From NCBI GenBank assembly GCA_013265495.1, contig MU058463.1, forward strand, positions 496,001 to 560,000: a stretch of DNA of 64,000 nucleotides, in the 5' to 3' direction. The position numbers and the translations under genes are program-made. This DNA is from Vicugna vicugna (Eukaryota). Under the pieces are notes generated by a model. It worked only from the letters and a program-made list of their open reading frames with translations. It was not told the DNA's origin and did no database searches. Below, in pieces: positions 40,718 to 53,300 of this stretch. How positions within the stretch are numbered: position 1 is the stretch's first letter; every line of letters begins with the position of its first letter.

Positions 40718-41817
40718 GAAACCTCCGCTTTCTAATTGGGTGTTTATACTGCTTACATTTGATTGATGCAGTTATGTTTATTTCTGTTATGGTTCTATTT
40801 ATTTTCCTATTTTTCTATCTGTTCTTTTGTTTCTCTTCCTTTACTGGTTACTTTTATTAACTTAGTGTATTTTTGTTATTTCTTCTTGGAGGAGTTTTAT
40901 TACTACAGCTATTTGCTATATGAGTGTTTGCATTCAGGTGTACTGAATACGTCTTTGACTTATCACAATCTACTGGGATATTATATCATGTCACATAGTA
41001 GATTAAGACTTTACAATAGCCGACTTTAATTTTTCCCCTTCTGGGCCTTTATCTTATAGTTAGGTTTTTTTTTTCTTATTTTTGTTTAAAGTTTATTGTC
41101 TTGCAAATAGATTTAATAAAGGGAAAACATACTTACATAAGTGTCCACACAGCTGACAATTGCAGTGTTCTTTTTTTATTCATATAGATTCATGATTCCT
41201 GCTGCCTGAAGGACTTACTTTTATAGTTTTTGTAATTCAGGTCTGCTGAAGATGAATTCTTTCTGCTTTCATATATCTCAAAAAAAAAGTCTATTACTTT
41301 TTTTTTTTAGAGATATAGTCTATGAATATAATTCTCGGTTGGAATTTTTTTTGTACTTTATGATGATGTTCCACTTTCTTCTCACATGCATTATTACTAA
41401 ACAGAAATTTCTATATGTTGTACCTTTATTCCTCCACATGTAACATGTTCTTTTGCATGGGTTCTATTAAGATTTTATCTTTAGACAATTTGATTACACT
41501 GTGCCTTTTTGTAGTTTTCTTTATGGATCCTGTGCTTGGGGTCATTGCACTCTTCGATGGCTATTTGAAATATGGAAATTTTTCAGGCTTCATTTTTTCA
41601 GTGTATTTCTACTCTGTTCTTTCCTTCAGAAACTAATTACACATGCTTTGTCCCACATCTCAATATGTTCTTTTCAATTTTCTATTTTCTTACTCTTTTA
41701 ATTTAAGCATTTTTATCGTGATGTTTTCAAGTTCACTAATCTTTCCTCCAAAATATCTGTTCTGTTCTTAACCCCATTTGGTGTACTTTTCATTTTATTC
41801 ATTTTGCTTCTCATCTC

Positions 41818-42190
41818 TATTGAAATAAATTTCTAGACTCAAGATGGAGCTGCTCCTGCCCAAGGTGCCACTTCAGCAAACCAAAACTTAGATAATGTTT
41901 ACATCCCTGTAAATGTTTCAGTTGACCAGAAATACGGTATATTCATCCAGCAAATCCCCAAACACCAAACTAACTCTGGGCCTTCTCACCCTAAACAAGG
42001 TTGTTATGTGGCCTCACCCAATCAAATATTTTCTATTTGTCTCTTCCATGTGCTTTATTCTTTATCCTGTAAAAGCTTCTTGCCTTTTCCCCCATTTTGC
42101 GGTTGTCTGAATGGAGACTGTCCACTTAATGAGTGTCAAATAAAATTTGCTTTAATCACCTAAATTATCTTCTCTAATTATTTTTTAACA
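41818..42190 (+). mobile_element. Solo ERV LTR
   Basis: TATTGAAATAAATTTCTAGACTCAAGATGG...CCAAT...AATAAA...TTAACA. Colinear with 37560-37929, sharing ATATTTTCTATTTGTCTCTTCCATGT and CCCCATTTTGC. Confidence 0.8.
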
Positions 42191-43078
42191 TCTTTCAAAG
42201 TTTGATTTAGGTCCTTCTTTTATTTCATGTATGTCTCTACTAACAAACACATGGCATATACTTGTAAAAGCTTTTTTTTTTTTTAATATCTTTGCCTGTT
42301 AACGTCTCTGTTACTCCTAAATCAGTTTTGATTGATTGATGTCTCTCATCCTTGGGTTATAAAATTCTTATTTTTTGCATCTTTGGTACGTTTTAATCAA
42401 AAGCAAGACATTGTGAATTTTACATGTTTGGGTCATGTATATTTTTTATTCATATAAATATTTACAAGCTTTGTTCTGGTATTCAGTCCAGTTACAGGCA
42501 GACAATAACATCACTTTTGGGTCTTGATATTAGTATTTGTTAGGGAGAGACCAAAGCTGTGTTTAGTGTAGTGTTAATTATTTCCACTCTTGAGGAAAGA
42601 TACTTCTGAAGACTCTTACTCAATTATTCATAAATAATGAGGCTTTTTTAATATGACTGATGGGAACATGAATTATTTCCCCATGCTGTAGATGTGTTAG
42701 ACACTCTTATCTTTTTGAGTGTTGTTTTCCCAATGTTGGGTAATTTTTTCTCATGTGTGTATCATTCATTATTCTGCTGAATACTTGTGGAGAATTCTCT
42801 ACAATCTCTAGATTTCTCTCTCTGTGCTTCTTTTTCCTATTTGCACTCTGTCCTAGGAATCCTGTCTACCTTATTTTCCCCCAGACTCTGAGCTCTATCC
42901 TCCCAACTCTGGAGTTATCAGTATTACTGGGTTTCTTTCTCCTTGTTCCACAGTCTGGCAACTCTCTCAACACAGTAAAGTAGGGCATTCATAGGGCTCA
43001 GCTTGCTTGCTTCCCATCTCTTGTGGGAGAAATAAACTATCCTTTGTTTTTCCTTATACAGTATATAGAAAACCATTG

Positions 43079-43287
43079 CAGGTCCTGACCCCCTGCCTCA
43101 TTTTAAAGAAGAGTGTGTCTATAAAAGCTTTTATAAGGCAAAACGGTGTAAAACAAAGAGGAATTAATCTTTTTTTGTAAAAGTGAAAATTGTCTTTAAA
43201 TTTTGGTTAGCCTAAACAGGTACTGAGGGAAGTCTTTTATAAAAGTGAAGTGGTGTAAAGCGAATTTTCAAAAAGTAGGAATACCTG
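43079..43287. mobile_element. TcMar-Tigger-like MITE (family not named)
   Basis: CAGG...CCTG termini followed by TA; internal repeated TAAAAGTGAA / GGTGTAAA motifs typical of Tigger-type MITEs. Confidence 0.55.
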
Positions 43288-43579
43288 TATTCCATTTACT
43301 TTGCTCTTTTTCATTGCTTCATATGGGGGGTCAATTGTATTTCCTATTACTCCATCTTGGCCAGAAACAGAAATTCCATGTTGCACTTTATTTACATTGG
43401 TACACCGGTGTGTCATACCACTCTGTTTAAAATTCACTGGATTGAGAAAAAAAGATGTACTAATAGGGCAGCCATGGAGTGAAACTTAGAGTGGTAGTCC
43501 ATGAAGTTGCAGGAGCTGTTGAGATGAATGAATGCTAAAACTGGCTGGGAGGATGAAGGAGACATTAAGCGAAGCTTAG

Positions 43580-43770
43580 CCAACAAGTCAGTTCCACTCT
43601 AAAATTCTCCTTGGGTGTTTCAATCCTGAGCAAGTTATTTAACCTATATGTAAGTGTTAGTTTCCTCAAGTGTAAAATTGGGATGAAAATAATGTTCAGC
43701 TCATAGAGTTTTTCAGAAGAATTATACAAGTTAACATGCAAAATGCCTGACTTACTGCGTTTGCTCAGAC
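43580..43770 (+). mobile_element. MIR SINE
   Basis: CCTGAGCAAGTTATTTAACCT...AGTTTCCTCAAGTGTAAAATTGGGATGAAAATAAT. Confidence 0.8.
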
Positions 43771-45639
43771 ATTGAAATTCCCATTTATCTGCCATAAAGA
43801 TTATTGCAGCATGTGGGAAGAAATATCATTTAAGCCATTTTCGCTGAAGGGAGAACTTAAATTGAACATACTTTCACCCCTGAGTGTAAATTCTCAACAG
43901 AAAATTGCAGAAGTATATTTAGGGAGTGGATAAAAAATAAGGAAAAGAAAACTGCATTTCAAATTTTATCTTGTAGAAATGAGGGAACCCTGGCTTTCAG
44001 CATGTAAAGTTTTTTTTATGAATGCTTAAGGGAGACACTCAATAGTGGCGGCTCAGCAACTTATTTGGCTGTCGATTTCAGTTAGATAATTTCAAACCAG
44101 TGCTGACATTTTCTCCCTTTAAGGTAGAATCAGTGAGTTACCCTCACTTTCCCTATATTTCTCATTCCCATTATGTCACTTAGTTTGCTAGCCCTTCCCT
44201 TCAGTAGACTACCATTCTACCAATTTGGTAGATAACCAGTTCCAGAATTGTGTCTTTGAAGTTCTCCCCACAATCCTTACATATTAAAAGTACTGTGTTC
44301 TTTAGGTTTTAGTGCATATTATATAAAGGGCACAGTTATCCACACTGTAAGCAAAACAAAATGGTAATCATTAGATTAAGAATGTCTAAGTGAAGTAACC
44401 CTAGAGTGCATAGGATTCTTTTAGCCTTCATAGTTATTCAGTAGGGTAGTTTACTATAGAAGGTGAAATGATTACACTATGAAGAGAATTCCTACAGAAA
44501 AAATAAGAGACCACTAATCCCAGGAAATGACCTTAAGGAGACTTATTGAAACTCAGCTAGGGAAATTATATGTTGATGTTACTGATAACAGCTGGAATAT
44601 TTAAAGTTCTTAAGTAAGATGGGGTGGGGAGTGGAAATCTCATGACCATCTGAGACAAAAGTTTTATCTTTTCCTCTTCAGGAGGAGTGATTAACTGGAC
44701 TTGAAATGAAATCTTCAGCAATTGTTAATAGTCTTCAGCCCAATCCACTGGCAGCTAACACGAGAAAATTAGAGTCTTTTAGAAAAGATAAGAGTTTGGC
44801 ACAATTTGTATGACTATCAGGAATAGCACCAAGAAGGCAAACAGGACTTCGGTTAATTTCAGAAAGAAAAGATTCTTAAAACATTATCTGGGGATGGCTT
44901 CACAAGAAGACATCTTTTGGAGTCATGTTATGCTGATCATAACATTTCAAGAAAATTATATTGTGAGTTGACTGTACTGACTGGTATATATAGGAGGCTG
45001 TTCAAGGCTGTCTGCCTTTACTTATAATATGAAGTAAGAAAGATAGTTTTTCACTGTAAACACCTTCTCCTTCTGTAAACTTCCTTCTTTCTTTTGTGAG
45101 TGAGACCTGTTCATTCCTGACCAGCTGAATTTTGTTATTGCTGATGGGAATTAGCCAAACTGTATCTCTTTCTAAGAGCAATACACTCTAATGAAAGACA
45201 GGATTGAATCACTGTGTTCACAAAGAGTGCTCCTGGAAATGGATAAGGGTGGCTTCACGGTACATGGAACCCACTGATAAAAGGGTTAAGAACTGGGGCA
45301 ATACTCTCCACTTTCAGAGTAGACATCCAACAAAATGTATAAGCATTCCAATTATAGCTAATGTTAGAGTTGCTCCTCTAGTGGGAGAAGGTAATAGGGA
45401 GGTATCATCCTGAAAAACAAAAAGGCTTAACTAATGTCTGTATTCATCTAGTTGTCTTCATTGTAAGCAATGTGAACCTTCTGGGGCATTCATTGGGGTC
45501 ACTTTGGGAGCAGAAAATAGAGATGAGTGGCCAGAGCTAAAATATGGATATTCTAGGTATATGGAAATATATCAGAACTATTCCTATTGGTTCTCCCTAC
45601 TATCCTATAAAACAAAACAAAACAAAACACCTGGTCAAC

Positions 45640-46245
45640 TCATAGGGGCCTTTACAGGTTACAGTAATGTTCAGAGTGTAAACACTAGTAGTGTGTAAAG
45701 ACTAAACCAGCTAGCCTGTAAGGTTATTATTAGAAAGCCATCAGTCTGTGTTGCCACAGGGTGATGGGAGGCATTAAACAACTAATTAATGCAATGCTGC
45801 AGAGTCCATTCCTGGATAGCTGCTGTTGCAAAAAGATTCTGATTGTCTATAATATCAGGGAATCACAGTATTTAAGAAAAACATATATATGGTCATCTAG
45901 GGTTTTAACTGTATGCAGGTGTTGCCTGCTTCTGCAAGAAGCACTGTAACTTCACATCCTGACAAAATACATATGACAAATACAGTACATCATAAACCCC
46001 TGTTCAAAGGTGGCAATTTTATTGAAGCTGTCTTAGAAATGCAAGCTGGTCCTTGTCCAAAAATTGTATGTTGATATCTCGTAAAACATGTGTCCTTGCA
46101 GAGGCCCACAAATAGCTTCTGCTTTGTGAGCATTAGGTAGCTGAGGTATATACTGCATAAATTCCTCACTTAGCACTAAACTCCTTCATGGTGTTTTTAT
46201 TTTCCTAGTGAATTCAAATGTGGATCCAGAGAGCTAATGTAAATA
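45640..46245 (-). pseudogene. Decayed class III (ERVL-like) retroviral integrase within an ancient ERV internal region (about 44.6-46.8 kb)
   Basis: Manual minus-strand translation gives, in order: LALWIHI*IH*...AEAICG/LCK (HHCC-like); GQGPAC...LSGCEVTVLLAEA...HTVKTLDDHI; and FPDIIDNQNLFATAAIQEWTLQHCIN*LFNASHHPVAT (45862-45749). The last is colinear with recalled ERVL IN IPHSIASDQGTHFTAKEVRQWAHAHGIHWSYHVPHHPEAAGL. Confidence 0.7.
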
Positions 46246-46824
46246 CTGATCAATATTATTTTTCAAGTTACTTTCCTTTAGATAGTCCCTCTTCTTGAGG
46301 ACGCACACTTACTGCATTTGTTCCAATTGTAATTGGCTCTTCATACGGATATCTCTTGAATAGTTCAGCCTTCTAGGAAACAAAAGATCTAACTATTTAT
46401 CTGAACCATTAACATTGGCAGTTAGATCCCAAGACAAGTATATTTCAGTAGATCTCAGAATGACATATTCTATGACAAAAGACTGGAGCTTAATCTATTA
46501 GCTGAATGTATAATGCTGATGCCTTGGGCTGCCAACAATTTCCTGTAGTCATGGGGAATTGCTCCTATACTCTTTTGAATTTGCCCATTTTATAAGTTCC
46601 ATCACAGAATTGTGCTTTCTTATCAGATAAAGCAATCTTGTTGATATCACCCTAGTGGAACAGTGTTTTTTAAAAACATGGAGTGGAATCAGTTCTGTAT
46701 GCAGTAAGTGAGCTGCTGCTCAGGTTTTCAGTGTGCTGCTTATTTTTTCTCAGAAGTTAAACTTGCCCATTGATTGGATGTGACATTTCCATTTCACAAA
46801 TAACTCTTCTCCTACTTTCATTAT

Positions 46825-47170
46825 GTACTTTTGGTTCAGAATGAACCGATTGCAGTGTGAGAAAGTCATATCAGAAAATTACAATTTACCCCTTCAATGA
46901 AGCGAAATGCTTTCACTAAGGTGCAGTAACCAGGAGTAGTTGTCAAAGGACAGCAGAAGAAAGTCCTTGAGTTACAAATTCTGGGACCAGAAGTCACAAA
47001 TAACTTTCATCATCTATTAGGTGGCCTTAGAGAATGTAACTCCATAGACACTGCAACTCCATAACTGGAGGGAAAAGAGGATCTGAAGGCAGAGATTGTT
47101 TTGCCAGACTCTGGTTTTCCAGACTATAGTTGCAAGACCTCCTTTAAATTTTGCCTCTTAGCTGGATACC

Positions 47171-47201
<31 letters not shown>

Positions 47202-47455
47202 CAGTGCAAGCTATCTTCCAAGATACGGAATACACTGCCTCTGTGTCAGTTCTACCTTCAAATCTGGCTGGAGTGCATATCTTTGACAAAACACAAATCC
47301 AGAAACACCTCCAGTAGGGTCTTATGAGGAAAAACAAAACAAAACAAAACAGATTTTAGCCTTCAATTCTCTACAAGTCAGGCAAAGTAACAAAGGAAAT
47401 GGAAATATAGAGGCTGAGCACCAAAGCACAGTAGCCCAAGAATATTTTAACTACA
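46825..47455 (-). mobile_element. Ancient LTR-like segment, possibly the 5' LTR of the ERV fossil
   Basis: Balanced composition and old-LTR-like motifs (AAATCCAGAAAC...TTTTAGCCTTC...), positioned upstream of the integrase on the minus strand. Family and boundaries uncertain. Confidence 0.35.
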
Positions 47456-47624
47456 GTGTTGCTCATTTACCTTTAGTCTAAACAAAACATAACAGTATTT
47501 CAGAGAATTGCACTCTCCTCAGTGTCATGAGAGTGTCTGAAGTAAAAGTCAGAGCTTGGTGAAAGAATGAATGTTATAAATACATTCCATTATTCCTTTT
47601 TTTCAGTTGTTATTGTTCTGAGTT

Positions 47625-47698
47625 GTTTTCTTTTCTCCCTTTCTCCCTCCCTTTCTCTTTTCTTTCTCTCTTTCTTTCTTTTCTTCTTTCTTTCTTTC

Positions 47699-47760
<62 letters not shown>

Positions 47761-47941
47761 TTTCTTTCTTTCTTCCTTTCTTCCTTTCTTCCTTTCTTCC
47801 TTTCCTTTCCTTTCCTTTCCTTTCCTTTCCTTTCCTTTCCTTTCCTTTCCTTTCCTTTCCTTTCTTTCCTTTCCTTTCCTTTCCTTTCCTTTCTTTTCTT
47901 TTCTTTTCTTTTCTTTTCTTTCTTTCTTTCTTTTCTTTCTC
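47625..47941. repeat. Compound pyrimidine microsatellite (TTTC)n-(TTCC)n-(TTTCC)n-(TTTTC)n
   Basis: About 310 bp of C/T on the plus strand, read directly. Confidence 0.97.
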
Positions 47942-48899
47942 CACATCATACCAAGAAATTACTAGCATCTTAGCTTAATTTATTATAGAAGAACTTTGAG
48001 ATTTCCAGTATCAGACCATCAAATGATCAAACAAGCATGTCTCCTGGCTGCAAGAGCAAATTCATCAAACTGTAAAAGCTAATGACTGTATCCACTTGAT
48101 ATAAAATGATACTCCAGCTTTCATGGCCTAACACCATCTGACACCAAACACCAAACATCATCCAAAATTTGTAAAATCATGCAAAATTTCATGTGAAATT
48201 TCACTGCTACAGAATATACTGGGATATGAGTCTAATTGCAGGTTTGGGGGGCTGTGAGACTGAAGGGCTTGAGACTCCTCTACAATGACTGCCACAGGGT
48301 CATGAAGCAAGGCTAATATTGCCTTATCGTTCGGGGGGGCACAGGGATGCTGCATCTGCTGGGGAGGGAGAGTTAGGGAGACCTGGGGCATGGGACTGGT
48401 CTGATTTATCTGACTCCCACATATGCTCTCATTGCAATTCTCAGGGTACTGCTCTTTTCCTAAGAAATGACTTAGGTTTCTTTTTTTAAAAGTTGACAAA
48501 TCTAAGAATGCAAATGATATAATTTGACAACTGGAAAACTTGAAAAATTGGAAGTTTACCTTTTGAAATCTAGATAACTCAGCCCTTTAGAAACTAGGGT
48601 AGAGCATCTTTATCCAGTCAAAGAAAGTTACTGGTTGTCAGACCATACCTTGAATCAAATGTTTGGGACTTTGAACTTAAGTTCTTTTTTATTTAAACTC
48701 AATTTAATTACTATTTCCCACTATAAATAGCCAACCCATCCTGGAGAAATAGCTGATTCTGGACGTAGGGTAGAATTGTACTTGGTAATTCTGAAATATC
48801 TTGACATTAAAGAAAACAAGTTGGTTATCAAATACTACTTGTCTTAGATACTTCTTCACTTGATTACATGACAAGAAACCTCTCACAACTTAAAAACCA

Positions 48900-50425
48900 C
48901 TCACTAGCCAATCTGGAACAATTTAAGCATCAACAAGAATAATCTTTGCTTTGAATTAAATATATATTAAATGTTTTTAAATCCACCAGTTCTTAGTGTA
49001 TATCAAAAGGCTCTAATGGTTCTCTTCATCTTTGGAGAATGAAAGAAATTTTGGAAATATTACAAGATAAATAATCAATCATTTATTGTGCCTTTTATTC
49101 AATATTTTAATCCTTTAACCAAATAGTTAATGAATTGAAGTTGCTTTTATAGACAAATCCTTGATAGTGTGAGAAAATTAAGGACAGAATTAGAATATAA
49201 ATATTTTCAACTTCTAACAATTTAATGGCTCCAGACAATGATCATCAATGGTTGATACAGAAAAAAAGAGTAATACTCACCCATGTACCTCCTACTGAAA
49301 GTACACAATATTATCCCTCTCATACCAAATTAAAATGGAATCTGATTAAGCCTCTTGATCTAACTTTCAACCTATTTTCAAGTACAAAAAGGATGAAGAA
49401 TTTGTGAAAAAGCATCACAAGGTTATAATCAGCAAAATTCAGACCATGACAAACTCAACATGACAAAGAATCTAATTTCTTTAACAGTAGCAATAACAAA
49501 CATCACAGGAAAGAGGAAAATGGAGAAAGGTAGAACCTAAAGATTGGAAGAGACTTAAGGTGCTTTTTAACAAATTGCACTGTATGGATCTTATTTGGAT
49601 TCCCATTCAAGTAAATGGCAAAATCCAACCAACCAAACTATAGAACATTTATGAGACAATTGGATAAATGCAAATGTTGACTGGACATTTCCTGGGATAA
49701 AGAGATAATTAATTTTGATATGATAATGATGTCTTTGCTTTTTAAAAAGCTCTTATCTTTTAGAAACAAATAATGAAATGTTTACGGAAGAGATATGTTG
49801 TCTTGGATTGGTCTGAAATCATTCAGGATTAGGGGATACACTGAAACAGCATTAGCCATGTAATGATGACTGTTAAAGCTAAGTGATGGGTCATTCACTC
49901 TTCCTTCTATTTTTGTATACAAATCTTCCTTGGCTTTCAATGGGGTTATGTCCCTATAAACCCATCATAAGTTATAATTTGAAAATGTATTTAATACATC
50001 TGCCTTATGGAACATCATAGCTTAGACTAGCCTACCTTAAATGTACTCAGAACACTTACATTAGCTTACAGTTCTGCAGAATCATCTAACACAAAACGTT
50101 GCTTTATAATAAAGTGTTGAATATCTCATGTAATTTACTGAGTATTGTATTGAAAGTGAAAAATTCTCTATGGGTACAGAATGGTTGTAAGTGTATTTTT
50201 TTTTTTTTACCTTTATGATTGCATGGTTTACTGGAGCTGCTGTCCAGCATCATGAGGACATATCTTACCATGTATATCACTAGCTTTGGAAAAGTTCAAA
50301 TTTCCAGATTCAAAGAATGATTTTTACTGAGTGTGTATTGCTTTTGCATCATCATAAAATCAAAGCATTGTAAGTCAGGACGGTCTGTCTGTTGAAATAT
50401 TTCCATAATTTAACTTTCAAAACAC
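48900..50425 (+). mobile_element. L1MC/ME 3' UTR interrupted by Tigger5/MER47
   Basis: TGAATCTGATTAAGCCTCT-like motif, TATGGATCTTATTTGGATTCC, TTTATGAGACAATTGG, AAGCTAAGTGATGGG. Confidence 0.7.
49920..50387 (+). mobile_element. Tigger5/MER47 MITE
   Basis: ATGGGGTTATGTCCCTATAAACCCATCATAAG...AACATCATAGCTTAGACTAGCCTACCTTAAATGTACTCAGAACACTTACATTAGC...GTAAGTCAGGACGGTCTG; preceded by TA. Confidence 0.88.
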
Positions 50426-51249
50426 AAAGTGATAGAGAACTGAATGAATTATGCCTGTTTTTAATGAAGCATGTGAACCTAAAGATGATATTGGATCAGG
50501 AGAAAACTACAAAAATCTGACACTTGTGTGTATCTTCAGTGGCTGAATCTTAACAGTTATTTATTCAATGACCACGTTATACAGTGAAATGAGTTTTCTA
50601 CTCTTTTCTCACTCCAGACCAGCTACTTGAAATTGATGAATATAGCTGAAGCAATTCTTTTCTTTTTTTCTTTTTTTCTTTTCCTTTTCTTCCTCTTCCT
50701 TTTCTTTTTCCTCTCCTTCCTCTCTCTACCCCTTCCCCTCCCTCCCCACTTTTTTTTCTTCAGTTAAGCTAATACCTACATATCTGTTGTCATCCACACA
50801 ATATTAGCTCCAGAATTTGTCTATAAAAGGAAATTAGGAGCAGCTATCTGCTTTGAATGTGAGTGTGTGCCTTGGGGATGCTAGGAGACTTTTGCTGAAT
50901 CTGTGTTTAGCAAATTCACTGTTTGAAAGGATTTACAAAAGTGGTGAGGAAGCTTATAGGTTGGCTAAGACCTGTCCACCAACCCCGTCTGCCATCCTTG
51001 TTCCGTCTTCTGCTGTTGCATTTATCTAATGAATATCTAAACGTGTATCCTTGCCTAGAAAAAGGAAATAGACACTGCTTTATTTTCCTCCACACTGTTA
51101 CTCAAATAAATGCACTTCTCCTTAAAAGTCAAGATGTCTCAACTGTCCCGTTTGGTTTAACATACATTGTATAGGTTATGGAATGTGAGAAAATCACCTC
51201 ATTCTAGGGCTTCCGGCTTGTAAAAGGAGAGAAGTAAAAGTGATTAAAA

Positions 51250-51450
51250 CCCAATGATCTATAGTCATTACCTGGCTTTCCTTATGGGCTCTATGACTAT
51301 AGGAAAATTAGTTAACTTTGTTTTTCAGTTGTATTACTGCAAAAATGAAAATAATAATAGTATTCTCATTTTGGAGTTTGTGGCAAGGATAAAATGAGTT
51401 AATAAGTAAAAAGTTCTGATACATAAATGTTAGGCATTGTCATTATAAGT
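51250..51450 (+). mobile_element. MIR SINE
   Basis: CTATGACTATAGGAAAATTAGTTAAC...CTGCAAAAATGAAAATAATAATAGTA...GGATAAAATGAGTTAATA. Confidence 0.7.
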
Positions 51451-52879
51451 AAGCTGTTAGAAAGTACCCTAAGAAGGTCAAGGTTGTGAGCACATGAGAT
51501 AGGGAAAAAATAAAGAGGAAGCTTGGGAGCTTGCAGAGATGTCCATAAGCCTCAGTGACCCAAGAAAAGTCTTGGAAGGGGTGGCGTGCATGCAAAAGCT
51601 GTCTGATTGTCTCTAGTCTCTCCAGAATTGGTTTACAAAATTCAGACTTTACATTTTTCATCTTTAAATGAGAAATTTTTTCCCTTATATTACTTCAAAA
51701 GTGTCAAGGGCCTATCATGATTAAAAATTGAGCAATTTTATGTTTTAAGAACGAACATTTAGGAAATGTAATTTTTAATGCAGAAAAGTAGCCACTACAT
51801 ATTGTAAAATGTGGTATCACCTTGAACATCAAATTTCTAGGTTTCTTATGAAATGGGAAATTTCCGTATGTTTATGTATTAATTATTTATACAACATGAT
51901 AGAAAACTTCAAATGTATATCTAATTTTAAATGTCTTTTAGTTGACATATACCTGTATCTAAAATGTGTCCATATCTCTGAATCACCTGTGTTTACAAAG
52001 AGAGTATTTTATAATATTCCCCTGTCCTAAATGTTAGCTTATAAATAGAACTGTAGAAAGCAATTACAGTTATTTCAATTAAAATATCCAAACCACTTTT
52101 CAATGTAATAAATTCTACACAGCTCAGCATAGGATATGTATATTTTTTATTATTTGAATACTAAATTACCTCATTTTCATGCTGCAGATTTGCTGACCAT
52201 GGCTGTAATTAATCTCCTAATGATTAACAAAGAAAGATGCTTTTTGATGTCAAATAAATGAGAATAATAGTTCCATGAATTTTGTGAAAACCAATTTATT
52301 AGATTGGTCCTTAACATCTTGGATAACTTCCAACAGTATAAATGAATGAAATCCAGCAATAAAGTATTTCCTTTGAAGATGAGATTTATACTTGAGAATG
52401 TTCTGGAAAGAAATTGATCTTTTTCACAGTGGGGGTGATTATAAATTTAAATGTATAACATTGTTTAAAATAGAATTGTGAGGCATGAGGTTAAAATAAG
52501 ACTAAAAAAAGGTGAAGGGCATATTTGATAATGTCAGGTCATTTTCAAATATAGGATCTTTAACTCCTAGAGGCCACTTTAAAGAGAAGTGGTTAATGGT
52601 CCTTAAAAACTCACTTTTACTTAGTTTTATATCATTATAGACTTCACTGTAATACCTCTTTTTTATGTTAATATATAACAGAAGATAAAAATGTTATATG
52701 GTTCCTTTACCCAGAGTTCTAAAAGACACATAGAAAGTAACATCGAAAGGCAGAGTATATGAACTACTATTCATTAAAATAGTACATACATGTTCCTGCA
52801 GGAGTAACTGCAGTTTTTTTAGTAGTTATTTATTAGTAATTAATGTGGGCTGTATAGAAATCCAAAGCTCTCCATTAGT

Positions 52880-53300
52880 GTGTTTTTGTCTCTTTCTCCA
52901 GCCTCTACTTACTTATGCCTGGCACTCACTTTGAATTGCCAAACTCAAATATTTCCAGTTCTGAATACTTGTTATTCTTTATGTACCCTTGGACTTTGTT
53001 CATGCTTATTCCTTTCCCCTGAATGCACTTCTTCCCTCCTTCCCTGTTCCTCAAAATAGAACTAGCAAATAGCTACTATATTTTTCAGATTCTACTCTAG
53101 ACAACATTATGTGTCATCTCCTCTCCACCAGGAAAGAATTGATCATATCCCACTGTGGGCTATGACAGTACAGATTTTATTTCAACATTTGTAAAACATT
53201 ATCAAGTTGATATTTTATAAATCTGCCCCCTTATTCTAAACATGGTCATTTTATCCCATTTCTAGTATTGAGCCAAATGACTGATTGTTGAATGCATTCT
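52880..53300 (+). mobile_element. L2 3' fragment
   Basis: CTTTGTTCATGCTTATTCCTTTCCCCTGAATGCACTTCTTCCC...TTTATCCCATTTCTAG...GTTGAATG. Confidence 0.55.

Larger units (their letters stand above)
40335..43070 (-). mobile_element. Old L1 (L1M) 5'/ORF1/ORF2-start region, interrupted by a young L1 fragment and a solo LTR
   Basis: T-rich antisense L1 motifs, e.g. AGGTCTGCTGAAGATGAATTCTTTCTGCTTT and TTTTCAAGTTCACTAATCTTT. Confidence 0.65.

Noticed and set aside
37560..42190. Intact provirus bounded by two LTRs
   Set aside because: The intervening DNA is mostly older L1/MaLR sequence with no gag/pol, and the second LTR appears to have its own insertion site within an L1.
47567..47973. Four 116-132 aa ORFs (F/L/S-rich and K/E/R-rich)
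   Set aside because: Translations of the pyrimidine microsatellite, which lacks stop codons; not genes.
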